Positions 8,150-17,521 of a stretch of DNA of 32,000 nt are shown piece by piece. The translations under genes were made by a program, and so were the position numbers. Source of the DNA: Clostridia bacterium DTU025 (lineage in GTDB: Bacteria; Bacillota; DTU025); assembly GCA_001513145.1 (NCBI GenBank), contig LFSP01000007.1:1-32000 (forward strand), written 5' to 3'. The notes under the pieces were generated by a model. The model made no database searches, was not told the DNA's origin, and saw only the letters and a list, made by a program, of their open reading frames with translations. Every line of letters starts with the position of its first letter. Within the stretch, counting starts at the first letter, position 1.

Positions 8150-8833
8150 CTAGTCTTCTATTTCGAAGGTGATCTCCATGGACTTGCCTTCGGCCTCGAC
8201 GCGCTCTCTGTCGGTGTACACCGTGGCCCTGTCGCACCTGATGCTCTCGTTGTCCTCTCCAGTGATGCTCACATCGCCCTCAAGCACGATGCGCCTCTCG
8301 GAGCTGGAGTACGAGGCTGTGCGGCAGCGAGCCACCTGTCCTCCCTTAGACACGGTGACGTCGCCGTCTGCGTCGAAATCCTGCGTGGCAGTGGAGATCT
8401 TCAGGGTGCTGCAGTCTAGCGTGATGGTGGTGGTCACCGGGTTGCCCTCTTCATCCATTTCGGCCTGCGGCTCGATCTTGGTGAGCCTGACCCCTCCTGA
8501 GAACTCGGCCCTGTCTTCCTTAAGGTAGATGTTCATTACCTCAGCCGTCACGGTGACTTCGCCCTGCACCAGCGTGACGCCGCCGGACAGGAGCGCCGTG
8601 CCGGCATCGATGTTCACGGTGGCCGATGACGACGTGATCACCACGTCGTCGTATTCAATGGTGACTCCGCCCTCAATGGTTGTATCACCTTTGGTGCCCT
8701 GGTAGGTCAGGCGGCTCTCTGGTCCGGTGGTCACCCTGACCGACTTGGCCGCCTCCGCGGACAGCGGCAAGACCACCATCGACGCCATGATCGCCAGGGC
8801 CAGCCCTCGCACAAGCGCACGCTTCACGTTCAT
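8150..8833 (-). CDS. lptA: periplasmic OstA-fold LPS transport protein, LptA-like
   Basis: Signal peptide MNVKRALVRGLALAIMASMVVLPLSAEA, then repetitive beta sequence typical of the OstA/LptA jellyroll (TIEGGVTIEYDDVVITSSSATVNIDAGTALLSGGVTLVQGEVTVTAEVMNIYLKEDRAEFSGGVRL). It sits in an lptC-lptA context. Confidence 0.65.
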   Translation of the reverse strand: MNVKRALVRGLALAIMASMVVLPLSAEAAKSVRVTTGPESRLTYQGTKGDTTIEGGVTIEYDDVVITSSSATVNIDAGTALLSGGVTLVQGEVTVTAEVMNIYLKEDRAEFSGGVRLTKIEPQAEMDEEGNPVTTTITLDCSTLKISTATQDFDADGDVTVSKGGQVARCRTASYSSSERRIVLEGDVSITGEDNESIRCDRATVYTDRERVEAEGKSMEITFEIED

Positions 8834-8849
8834 CCCTCCTATCTATCGC

Positions 8850-9518
8850 TCAGTCGCCGATCTCGAACTCGATGGTGGTGGGGCCAGTGGCCTCCAGTGC
8901 CTCGGCCTTCGGATCGAACACTATTCTGCCGCCCCTCACGGCTATGTCGCCGGAGGAGCTCGTGCCGGTGATGACCAGCTGGCCCTCGGAATAGAGCTTG
9001 TCAGCCGTCACGTCAAGCTGCAGCGAGTCCACCTTCACCTCGCCTGACGACGTGGTGATCACCGCGGGGCCAGGCACCACCGCCCTGGATTCGTCAGGTT
9101 TCCAGATCACCTGGTCGGAACGGAGCAGCTGCTCTCCGTCCTGATGGAACACCACCCCGCCGTCCAGCACCAACTCCGCGGTTCTCGCCGCGTACTGGCC
9201 GCTGCCGGCCGTGAAGGTCATGTAAGGCTCGCCATCACGCATTATCTCCCCGTGGATGATGCCACGGACGTGGGTGGAGCTGGACCGCTGGTCTCCGACG
9301 ACGCTCACCGACTCGGCCGCGATGCGCCAGGCTGTGACGCCCGCGTCCATGCCCTGTATCACAGCGCCGTCTATCACCAGCTGCTCTCTGGGGCCCGTCC
9401 GGGGCCGCGAGTCCTCAGCCTGCTCCTCCGGCCTGTTCAGGACGAACCCGTAGACGTACAGACACGCGACGATGAGAACCGCCGCCGCCACCACTGCCCT
9501 GTGTGCCCGTGGGCTCAT
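8850..9518 (-). CDS. lptC: membrane-anchored OstA-fold protein, LptC-like
   Basis: N-terminal anchor AVVAAAVLIVACLYVYGFVL, then beta-rich jellyroll-like sequence (TAELVLDGGVVFHQDGEQLLRSDQVIWKPDESRAVVPGPAVITTSSGEVKVDSLQLD). ATG 9518 is preceded by GGAGGG. It lies immediately upstream of the LptA-like gene. Confidence 0.55.
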   Translation of the reverse strand: MSPRAHRAVVAAAVLIVACLYVYGFVLNRPEEQAEDSRPRTGPREQLVIDGAVIQGMDAGVTAWRIAAESVSVVGDQRSSSTHVRGIIHGEIMRDGEPYMTFTAGSGQYAARTAELVLDGGVVFHQDGEQLLRSDQVIWKPDESRAVVPGPAVITTSSGEVKVDSLQLDVTADKLYSEGQLVITGTSSSGDIAVRGGRIVFDPKAEALEATGPTTIEFEIGD

Positions 9519-9554
9519 CCCTATCCCTCCCGATTCCCCTGGCCGGGGTTGTCG

Positions 9555-12500
9555 CTACTTGAATATGATCCCTTCCTCCCCGAGACCGAAGCCAATCGGC
9601 ATGCCTGGCAGAGCCTTGAGCCTGAACTCCAACCACACCCTTCCGGTGGTGTGCTGGTACATGAGGGACACCTCGCGGCAGTGAAGGTCCTTCGTGATGC
9701 CTATGTCACCCCTGATGATGCCACCCTTCACTACGTCGTATATGCCCGCCCACTGCAGCCTCCAGTCAGACCCCAGCTTCAGGCTGGCCGAGCTCTCAAA
9801 CCTGGTCATCTTGGAATCCGTGAGGTCGTAATTGAACCCCGCCTTCAGCTCCAGGTCAGGCGCGGGCGACGCCGTCACCTTCAAGGTGGCGGTATTGTGG
9901 CTATTGAACGAAGGATAGAACCTGCCCGTTGCCTCCACGGTCACGCCCTTCCACACGGCGGCCGAGGCGCTGGCGGTCACAGCCCCAAAGGTGCCTGTAA
10001 GGAAGTCGTACGACGCGCCCGCAGTCAGCCGGAATCGGCCCACTGACGATGTCAGCGAGGCCGACACGGAACTGGACTCCGACATCTGGTCGAACCGGAA
10101 GGGCGAGTGGCCCTCCGTCACGGAACCGGAGTAGGTCAGCCTCAGTTGCGCCCAGTCCGCCGGGATCACGGTGGCGCTAGCGGTGAAGCTGGCGCCGGCG
10201 CGGGAGGCATCCTCGAACGAGTAGATGCTACCCCTGGCCGAAGCCGAGGCGTCAAGGCGCAGCCACGAGGCCGGCCTCAGGGTGTTCAGGCTCAACGACG
10301 CCTCCGCTTCGCCCTTGGACGACGCCACCTCCGTGAGCACGCCGTCGCGAATGGAGTCTTCCCTGTAAACGCCGAACAGGAGCTTCGCGCCTGCCGTCAC
10401 CGGGAGATTCCCGATCTTCAGCTGCGACACGCTGGCCGTGAGCTCCGGGGCCCTGCGCAGCTGGCGAAAGGGTGGAGGCGTGCTTCCCTCGCCCGATTCA
10501 TCGTCGCCCTCCTCATCTATGTGGATCTGCTCCTGAAAGAGGGCGGTGTAGGTTATTCCGCTGACCGAGGCGTTGGCCGCAGCTCTGATGTTCACCACGT
10601 TCTGCTTGACCTCATCCCCCACGCGGTTCAGCCTGTAGGAGCCGTCGGCCGTGAGCCTGATCACGTCGGCGACGGTGGAGGAATGCCTCAGGGTGGCGGT
10701 GGTAAGAACCGAGTCGGCGGCTGAATCGGTACGCCTGTGGGAGAAGGAGAAGTCCGACGTGCCCTTGGCCACGCGCCGCTGAAGCGAGAGGGAGTACGTG
10801 CGCTCCTCCGAGGGAGTGCCCAGCGATACGTAGTCCCGGTAGGTGTACCCGCCGCCCAGCGATAGCCCATCCTCGGGCTGAGCCTTCAGCCCCAGCTGGA
10901 GGGTGGTGTCCACTGAGGACGTGGATCTGTTGAAGAGCTCATACGCCGAGAGGTCGAGCTCGGCCCGGTCGAACCCTAGCCTGTGGGAGATGCCCATAGC
11001 GGGGCCAAGGAGCTGAAAGTAGTCCAAGAGGAGCTTGCCCCGGGAGTTCTCGTTCACGGAGTAGTTGGTGACGGTGCGTATGTACCAGCCCTCCCTCACG
11101 CCCCAGCCGATCTTGGGAAGTTCGAAGCCTTCGTCTTCCTTCAGCGGTATCGTGAGTTTGGGAAGCCTCGCCAGCCTGAGCTGGCCCTCGTAGTACAACA
11201 CCCCGTGCAGCACCACCCTGTCGTCCACGTAGAAGTCAAGGGCCTCCACTTCCAGCCTGTAATGGGGCTGCTCCAGCTCGCACGAGGTGATGCTGGCGTG
11301 CTCAAGGTGGAAATCCTCACCCTGGCGCGACAGCACGTCTCCAGATACGTAAAGGTAACCCTCCACCTGCTGCACCGAGAGCTTCGCGCGGGCCCCGTGC
11401 ACCTTCACGTCGCCTGTGGCCAGGTCCAAGGTGGCCGCATCGCCCCGAAGCTCCTCCGACCCCTCTATGATCACGACGTTCCCGGTGAACGTGGCGGTCT
11501 TCAGGTTGACATACATCTCTGCGCTGTCGGAGCGGATCACGGTGTCATCGAAGGACGTTTCCACTCCTCCCCAGGCTGTCCATAGCCCATCGCTGCCGTC
11601 GTAGACTATGTGCTCGGCGCGTATCCTCACCAGGGTGGTTCCTGAGCTAGCCGCCGCAGACGCCCCACTTGGAAGGGCCAGGCCCGCCGCGCACAGCAGG
11701 AGGGCAACCAGCGCAAGCGCCGCGACGCCCCGGCGCCTCGTCCTGCGCCGCCATTCGGCGCCTCGAAGGAGAGTCACCCCCAGCGCCAGGAAGGCCGAGT
11801 TGGGAAGCCACGCCGCCACAAGGGGCGGGATGGTACCCTTGATCCCCAGCGACCTGCAGACAGCCGAGAACACGTAGTACGCCAGCGCCAGCACGGATGC
11901 CGCCACAACACCGAAGTAGCCGCCTGCGTGGCGCGGCGACTTGGTGACCAGGGGCGCGCCCACCACCGCGAACACCAGCGCCGCGAAGGGCTGGGCCACC
12001 TTCAGGTGGTACTCCACCTCAAGGCCGCTCACCCGGACGCCGCTGCGCCGGAAGAGGTCGATGTGGCGCGCGAGCTCCTGCCGGGTCATCTCGGAGGGCT
12101 CCTTCTGGCTGGACGTGAATCCCTCCATGGTCTCGTCCATTGGCACGGTCAGGGTGTCGAAGGAAATGGCCATGGTCACCTGGCCCTCGCGGTCTAGCTC
12201 GTGGATATGTCCGTCTTCCAAGACCCAGCTGCCCTGCTGCACCCTGCCGCGGGCGGCGGTGAGCAGGCGCGGGAAGGTCGAGGATCCGGTCTCGTAGATC
12301 ATGACCCGGCTGATGGTGCCCGCGTCCCTGTTCACCTGGCCCACGTAGAAGTACCTGTCGCCAGGGGCCTTGAAGAACACGTCCTGTTCCACGGCGGGCA
12401 TCGCCTCACCGAACACGATCTCCCTGAATATCCTCTGGGACTCGTGGTTCGCCCTGGGGACGATCTCCTCGCCCAGGGTGAACAGGCCGCCGCTTATGGC

Positions 12501-12824
12501 CACGCCCAGCACCACCAGGGGAAGGGCGAGCCTGGCGAAGGACACGCCGGCGGCTCGGATGGTGTCGAGCTCGGAATCCTTGGCGAGGCGCCCGAGGCCC
12601 AGCATGGTGGCGAATAACACCGCGATGGGCCCCGCTTCAAGCACGATGCCCGGCAGGCTGTAGACGAGCATGCGCACCACAGCCAGCACGGGCACCTTTC
12701 TCTGCACTATGAAGTCGACCAACATGAACAGCTGGCCGCTGAGGATTATGATCACAAAGGCTGAAATGGACATCGCGAGGGGCCCAAGAAACTCGCGCAC
12801 AACGTATCTGTCGAGAATCCTCAT
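9555..12824 (-). CDS. fusion ORF: LptF/LptG-family permease (N-terminal ~360 aa) + LptD/OstA outer-membrane LPS-assembly barrel (C-terminal ~700 aa)
   Basis: Uninterrupted reading frame. N-terminus MRILDRYVVREFLGPL... has six hydrophobic segments (YjgP/YjgQ pattern). The junction is EWRRRTRRRG-VAALALVALLLCAAGLAL-PSGASA. After it come an OstA_N-like jellyroll, a long amphipathic beta region, and a C-terminal LHCREVSLMYQHTTGRVWLEFRLKALPG resembling the LptD C-terminal motif. I prefer ATG 12824 (GAGGGG 8 nt upstream) over the track TTG at 12842. Confidence 0.75.
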   Translation of the reverse strand: MRILDRYVVREFLGPLAMSISAFVIIILSGQLFMLVDFIVQRKVPVLAVVRMLVYSLPGIVLEAGPIAVLFATMLGLGRLAKDSELDTIRAAGVSFARLALPLVVLGVAISGGLFTLGEEIVPRANHESQRIFREIVFGEAMPAVEQDVFFKAPGDRYFYVGQVNRDAGTISRVMIYETGSSTFPRLLTAARGRVQQGSWVLEDGHIHELDREGQVTMAISFDTLTVPMDETMEGFTSSQKEPSEMTRQELARHIDLFRRSGVRVSGLEVEYHLKVAQPFAALVFAVVGAPLVTKSPRHAGGYFGVVAASVLALAYYVFSAVCRSLGIKGTIPPLVAAWLPNSAFLALGVTLLRGAEWRRRTRRRGVAALALVALLLCAAGLALPSGASAAASSGTTLVRIRAEHIVYDGSDGLWTAWGGVETSFDDTVIRSDSAEMYVNLKTATFTGNVVIIEGSEELRGDAATLDLATGDVKVHGARAKLSVQQVEGYLYVSGDVLSRQGEDFHLEHASITSCELEQPHYRLEVEALDFYVDDRVVLHGVLYYEGQLRLARLPKLTIPLKEDEGFELPKIGWGVREGWYIRTVTNYSVNENSRGKLLLDYFQLLGPAMGISHRLGFDRAELDLSAYELFNRSTSSVDTTLQLGLKAQPEDGLSLGGGYTYRDYVSLGTPSEERTYSLSLQRRVAKGTSDFSFSHRRTDSAADSVLTTATLRHSSTVADVIRLTADGSYRLNRVGDEVKQNVVNIRAAANASVSGITYTALFQEQIHIDEEGDDESGEGSTPPPFRQLRRAPELTASVSQLKIGNLPVTAGAKLLFGVYREDSIRDGVLTEVASSKGEAEASLSLNTLRPASWLRLDASASARGSIYSFEDASRAGASFTASATVIPADWAQLRLTYSGSVTEGHSPFRFDQMSESSSVSASLTSSVGRFRLTAGASYDFLTGTFGAVTASASAAVWKGVTVEATGRFYPSFNSHNTATLKVTASPAPDLELKAGFNYDLTDSKMTRFESSASLKLGSDWRLQWAGIYDVVKGGIIRGDIGITKDLHCREVSLMYQHTTGRVWLEFRLKALPGMPIGFGLGEEGIIFK

Positions 12825-12862
12825 AGCGCAAACCCCTCGCAAGTGCCCGCGGGCCTACACTG

Positions 12863-13318
12863 CTACTTGGCCCCGCCCTTCTTCAGCACGTCCTCGGTGA
12901 TGTCGATTCCGCCGAGATGAACGACGCTGTCGTCAATGACCACAGTGACGCCCTTCTCCTTGGCCACGGCGGCGATGGCGTCTTCCAGGCTCTTCTGGGC
13001 AGGCTCCAGCACAGACCTGGCGTAGTCGTTGTACTGCTTGTTGTACTGCTCCAGCAGGCTGGTCCTTTCGGCCTCGTCCTTGCCGGCGGCCTTGGCGTTC
13101 AGCTCCTCCTCGAGCTCAGCCTTCTTCTTGGCTATGCTCTCCCATGCGGCCTTCATGGCGGGGAACTCCTGGCCCACCCTGGCGCCGTTAAGCCTTCCGA
13201 TCACCACGTTCTCGCCAGCTGCGCGAAGCACGGCCATGTTGGTGACCGCCAGGCCGATTCCGACCAGAAGAGAACATAGGAACAAGGTCAACAGCGCCTT
13301 AGGCAGATTCTTAAACAT
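12863..13318 (-). CDS. skp: periplasmic chaperone Skp (OmpH family)
   Basis: N-terminal hydrophobic segment, coiled Lys/Glu-rich middle, and C-terminal AIAAVAKEKGVTVVIDDSVVHLGGIDITEDVLKK typical of OmpH. The second ATG (13318) has better AAGGA spacing than 13327. Confidence 0.8.
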   Translation of the reverse strand: MFKNLPKALLTLFLCSLLVGIGLAVTNMAVLRAAGENVVIGRLNGARVGQEFPAMKAAWESIAKKKAELEEELNAKAAGKDEAERTSLLEQYNKQYNDYARSVLEPAQKSLEDAIAAVAKEKGVTVVIDDSVVHLGGIDITEDVLKKGGAK

Positions 13319-13370
13319 CCAAGTCATCCTTTCTTAAGTGCCTACTTAGCACTGAGTAGCGTACTGCTTG

Positions 13371-13376
13371 ATTATA
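13371..13376 (-). promoter_or_regulatory. candidate -10 box (perfect TATAAT) upstream of skp
   Basis: Minus strand reads gcgttgTATAATcaag in the AT-rich 82-bp bamA-skp spacer. The -35 is poor. Confidence 0.3.
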
Positions 13377-13409
13377 CAACGCCGCAGGACGAGCCGCTAC
13401 ACGAAACGG

Positions 13410-15140
13410 CTAGAAGGTCTGGCCGAAACTGAAGTACAGCTGACCGCCCTGCTTGCTGATGCCGTAGTCGATCCTTATGGTACCGAGGAACGGAACGGTG
13501 AGGCGTGCGCCGATGCCGTAGCCCACCTTAGTGGCGGAGAAGTCCGGGCTATCTCCGATGTCCCAGGCCTGGCCCGCGTCGACGAACGCGACGCCCTGCA
13601 GGTTGTCGATGATCTTGAACCTGTACTCGGCGTTGGCGAAGATCATCCTGTCACCCTCGATGTCGCCGTACTTGTAGCCGCGCACGGTCTCGGCTCCGCC
13701 TAGCACGAACCTCTCCTGCTCAGGAAGGTCGGTCAGGCCCCAGCCGCCGCTGACCCTGGCAGCCAGCACGTGGCCCTCATGCACCTGCAGGTAGCCCGAG
13801 CCTTCGGCCTGCAGCTTGGTGAAGTGGTTGTCGCCGCCAAGGAGGCCGCCGGCGTACTCGATGGAGCCTGACAGGCGGTGGCCAGCCGACGGGTTCCACA
13901 GGTCGTTCCTCTCATCGTTGACTGCAGACAAGGTTATCGAGCGGGTGACGCCGCCCGGTGGTATCTCGTGGGCCATGCCAAGGTCGGCCGGGGTGTTCAC
14001 GGCGTTGTCCCACTTGAACTTCACGTACGCCCTGGTGTTCAGGGACAGCTTGGTTCCGAGGCTCACATCGGCGCCGGTGCGCCTCTGGGAGTACGGGATA
14101 GGCTCGATAGGCTCGGGGTCTTCCTCACCCTCTGCAGGTTCCGGCGTGAACTTCTTGTCCGCTGTCCTGTTGTACAGGTTCAGGCCCAGCGACATCTTGC
14201 CCGTCTTGCCCAGCCACGGCTCGTAGAAGCCCAGCTCGTAGTTGGCCCTGCCCATGCCGAACTCGGCCTTGACGTTGATGGTCTGGGCGTTGCCGAGGAA
14301 GTTCTCATCTCCAAGCTGCAGGTAGCCCATGATCCCCGTGGCCGAGCTGTAGCTGAGGTTCATGTTGGCCACGCCGGTCTTCCTTTCAGTGAAAACGTAC
14401 GTCACCGCGAACTCGGGCCTTCCCTGGATAGGCTCCACCCTGGCCTGAACGTCCTCGAACGCCCCCAGCATGTAGAGGGCCCTACGGTCGTTGTTGATCG
14501 TGGTGACGTTTATGACCTCGCCCTCTTTGAGGGTGATGGTGCGCCTGGCCACCGCGGGCTTGGTCTTCTCCAGGCCCTCAAGGCGTATCTCGGCCACCGT
14601 CCATTCCACGAAGTTCACCTGAAGCTCGGCATCGTCGCCGAGCACCGGCTCAATGCTGACCCAGTAGCCCTTGTCGCTGTACAGCTTCGACAGCTTCTCC
14701 AGGTCTGATCTGAGTGTTGCCGCGTTCAGCTGCTCCCCAGCCTTGGTCTCCATCACGGCGAGGAGCTCCCCCGTGGGCACCTGTTGGTTGCCGGCCAGCC
14801 TCACGTCCTTCAGCACCGGGAACTCCCTGACGAAGAAGATGAGCTTGTAGCCGTCGAGGTGCGGGACGGTATTGGCGCTGAGCTCCATGAACCAGCCCAT
14901 CCTGTCGAGCCTGGCGAAGGTCTCGTTCACCGCCTGCTCGGTGATGTCGTCACCGATCTTCAAAGTAATCTGTTCCAGAATGAGGTCGGTATCTACTTGG
15001 CTGTTCCCCTGCACTTCAACGGCGGTGAGCTTGCCCAGCGGCTTGGTCTGGGCAAGAGCGCCAGGAGCAGCAACCAATACCATCGCGATCAGGATCGCCA
15101 CCGCGATGCTGCAAGACTTTCCGGCACGGAATGAGTTCAT
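13410..15140 (-). CDS. bamA: outer membrane protein assembly factor BamA (Omp85 family), apparently 3 POTRA repeats
   Basis: ATG 15140 is preceded by GGGAGGGAG. Signal peptide MNSFRAGKSCSIAVAILIAMVLVAAPGALA, then three ~75-aa POTRA-like units (LTAVEVQGN..., LKDVRLAGNQ..., VAEIRLEGLEKTK...). The barrel ends in the classic RIDYGISKQGGQLYFSFGQTF terminal Phe motif, and VRGY is present. Confidence 0.9.
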   Translation of the reverse strand: MNSFRAGKSCSIAVAILIAMVLVAAPGALAQTKPLGKLTAVEVQGNSQVDTDLILEQITLKIGDDITEQAVNETFARLDRMGWFMELSANTVPHLDGYKLIFFVREFPVLKDVRLAGNQQVPTGELLAVMETKAGEQLNAATLRSDLEKLSKLYSDKGYWVSIEPVLGDDAELQVNFVEWTVAEIRLEGLEKTKPAVARRTITLKEGEVINVTTINNDRRALYMLGAFEDVQARVEPIQGRPEFAVTYVFTERKTGVANMNLSYSSATGIMGYLQLGDENFLGNAQTINVKAEFGMGRANYELGFYEPWLGKTGKMSLGLNLYNRTADKKFTPEPAEGEEDPEPIEPIPYSQRRTGADVSLGTKLSLNTRAYVKFKWDNAVNTPADLGMAHEIPPGGVTRSITLSAVNDERNDLWNPSAGHRLSGSIEYAGGLLGGDNHFTKLQAEGSGYLQVHEGHVLAARVSGGWGLTDLPEQERFVLGGAETVRGYKYGDIEGDRMIFANAEYRFKIIDNLQGVAFVDAGQAWDIGDSPDFSATKVGYGIGARLTVPFLGTIRIDYGISKQGGQLYFSFGQTF

Positions 15141-15273
15141 CGATCTCCCTCCCACGTGTGGCCCCAAGACGCCGCATTCGAAAATGACGAACAACGAACG
15201 ACGGCGCACGGAGGCGCTGAACGTCATAGCAATGATCCCTCAGTAATTCCTTATCTTGTTCGCCTTACACTGG

Positions 15274-17376
15274 TCAGTTCCTGCCGATGTTCCACGGCAT
15301 CGAATCGATCCAGGAGGCAAGCTGGTCTAGGACATATTGACGCACACGGGACCCGATAAGTTTCGCAAGCAGGTCACCTTGTGCGGAAAAGTCGCCGGCA
15401 GGCTGGCCATCCTGGCCCGCTGCCTTCGCAAGCTCGAGCTGGATGTCGCCGAGCTCCCCGAAGGCGGTGACCAGAACGTCGTCGCCGCCCAGGCTCTCGA
15501 CGATGGTCAGCGCGAACCGCGGCGCGGCGCCGGGCTCCATCGTCGCCTGCCCGCCCAGGACGCGGAGGGTTTGCCCGGAGACCGCGATCTGCCCCTCGCC
15601 AAGGCCCACCTGGCCTTCGAAGGTGGGGTTGCGCAGGCTCCCCGCCACACGCACCTCCGAGCCTGGCATCACCTCAGCCCAGGTTTCTCCCCGCTCCACC
15701 GTGAGAGCCTCGCCGGCCCTCAGCGTGACGTCGACGGCGATGTCTGGAATGGTCGGCACGGAGGAGAAGCCGGCCGTCACGGCGTCGATGGTACCGTCTC
15801 CGACGGTTATCGCTCCGGCCACTGAGCCCTGGGCGTAGGAAAGGCTGGCATCAACCACGGCGTTCAGGAGCTGATGGGACAGGCTGACTTGGCCGGCCTC
15901 AAGGCTCCAACAGTCGCCAGCTCCTTCGACTCTGACACTGCCCCCGCCGAAGTCCGCCTGAAGCGTTGCAGAGCCCAGAGCGATGGTTGGATCAGGCTCG
16001 TGGCCCGCCTGAGCAGCCGCGGCTCCTCCGTCGAACTTCAGTGAGCCACGCACCTTCGAGAACGTGCCCTCAACGCCCTCCACCTCCAGCTCGCCGTCGG
16101 CCAGCTGGAGCTCGCCTGCGAGCCCGGAGGCGTCCACTTTCAGCTGGGCCCTCCAATCCAGCCACCCTCGGACCATCTCCGCCGATGCGCCGGCCCCGCT
16201 TTCAGGCAGCAGGGGTCTTGCGGCGTCCAAGATCCGGTCCAGGCCGGTCTTGCCCCCGTCCAGGCGCGCGAGGCCCGACTCTCCGTCGTATCTGACGTCC
16301 GCCCGTAGCTTCCAGTCTTCAAGTTCAATGGAATCCCACTTGAGGGACGAGACCTCCACGTCGCCGCCAGCCTGCACCAGCGGCCTGCCGCCCTTCAGCC
16401 GGGCGTCAAGCTCTCCGACGAAGCCCAGCTCCGCGTGGCCCTCTGGGCCCGTGATGCGCATGTCGAGCCTGTCGTCAGAGGACTCGCTCAGCTTGAGCGC
16501 TCCCTGGACAGTCAACCCGCCTCCACCTGCGACATCGAACCGCACGTCAGCGGCGGCCAGAGACTCAAGCCCGAGGGGCAGGCGCAGCTGCACGGCCCCC
16601 TCAAGCTGCCACTGGCTTGCAGCGATGCTCGCCGTGTCAACCGCCAGGATGAAGCCGCCCTCGCCGGACCGAGCCTGATCCAGAGCCAGTTCGGCGCTGC
16701 GCACCGCCACAGGCCCGAACCGATGGGTCACAATGACGCAGTCGTACAGGCCGATCGGAGCGTTCCACCCCGCCAGGTAGCTCGACCCGCCGCGCGCGCC
16801 AACGTTCTTCGGCTGCTTCTTCGGCGCTGCGGGCCCGGCGCCGGCGTCGGCCCGTGCGCCGTCGGATCCCCCGGCCTCAGTCGAGGCCACCGACGCCGCC
16901 ACTCCCGCATCCGCCAGCCTCCGGCCCAGGGCATACAGTTGGTCCTCGTGGCCGCGGAACCCGTGGAGGTCCACCCTGACCACGCTGGCCAGAGGGTCGA
17001 CCCTCCCGGAGATGAAGTCCGCCAGGTCGTACGTGATGGCAACCGTGTCGACGCTGATGCCGCCGTGAGCGCCCCGGCCACCGTGACCGCCCTGGCGGCC
17101 CTCGGCGCAGGCCTTGCCGCCGTCACCAGCTTCGATGGTGACGCCTTTCAGCTTGAGCTGGCGACCGTCGATCACCGCCACCTCAGCGACGTCAACCTCC
17201 GCGCCACCCAACAGCGCAGACAGCACTGACTCAGCCGCCACCGCGCCCAGCCACGTTCTATTCTTCACGATACACGCGCCGGCTGCAACTGCCAACACAA
17301 GCAGCGTCAGGCACACGATGCGCCCTCGCCTCATCCGCATCACCACGATCCTACATACGCGACACGCGCCCCACAT
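15274..17376 (-). CDS. TamB/AsmA-like translocation and assembly module protein
   Basis: N-terminal anchor IVCLTLLVLAVAAGACIV and a long Gly/Ala/Val/Asp beta-rich body. The C-terminal region (GQVGLGEGQIAVSGQTLRVLGGQATMEPGAAPRFALTIVES...VLVTAFGELGDIQLEL...GDLLAKLIGS) resembles the DUF490/TamB end. It lies directly upstream of bamA, as in other tamB-bamA-skp clusters. Confidence 0.6.
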   Translation of the reverse strand: MWGACRVCRIVVMRMRRGRIVCLTLLVLAVAAGACIVKNRTWLGAVAAESVLSALLGGAEVDVAEVAVIDGRQLKLKGVTIEAGDGGKACAEGRQGGHGGRGAHGGISVDTVAITYDLADFISGRVDPLASVVRVDLHGFRGHEDQLYALGRRLADAGVAASVASTEAGGSDGARADAGAGPAAPKKQPKNVGARGGSSYLAGWNAPIGLYDCVIVTHRFGPVAVRSAELALDQARSGEGGFILAVDTASIAASQWQLEGAVQLRLPLGLESLAAADVRFDVAGGGGLTVQGALKLSESSDDRLDMRITGPEGHAELGFVGELDARLKGGRPLVQAGGDVEVSSLKWDSIELEDWKLRADVRYDGESGLARLDGGKTGLDRILDAARPLLPESGAGASAEMVRGWLDWRAQLKVDASGLAGELQLADGELEVEGVEGTFSKVRGSLKFDGGAAAAQAGHEPDPTIALGSATLQADFGGGSVRVEGAGDCWSLEAGQVSLSHQLLNAVVDASLSYAQGSVAGAITVGDGTIDAVTAGFSSVPTIPDIAVDVTLRAGEALTVERGETWAEVMPGSEVRVAGSLRNPTFEGQVGLGEGQIAVSGQTLRVLGGQATMEPGAAPRFALTIVESLGGDDVLVTAFGELGDIQLELAKAAGQDGQPAGDFSAQGDLLAKLIGSRVRQYVLDQLASWIDSMPWNIGRN

Positions 17377-17453
17377 ACCTGCCTCTAGCTGGGCGTTAAT
17401 CGGGGGAAACTGGGGAACTGCTTGCCGAGCCAGGCTGAGCCCGCCTGGTATGC

Positions 17454-17501
17454 AAGAAAATGCCGGGGCGACGCGGAGCCCAAGCCCCGCACCGCCCCGG
17501 C
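17454..17501 (-). terminator. intrinsic terminator after the SpoIVB-like gene
   Basis: Minus strand reads GCCGGGGCG-(imperfectly paired 22 nt)-CGCCCCGGC followed by ATTTTCTTG. It starts 20 nt after the stop at 17522. Confidence 0.6.
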
Positions 17502-17521
17502 ATATGGCTGCAGCAGACGCG

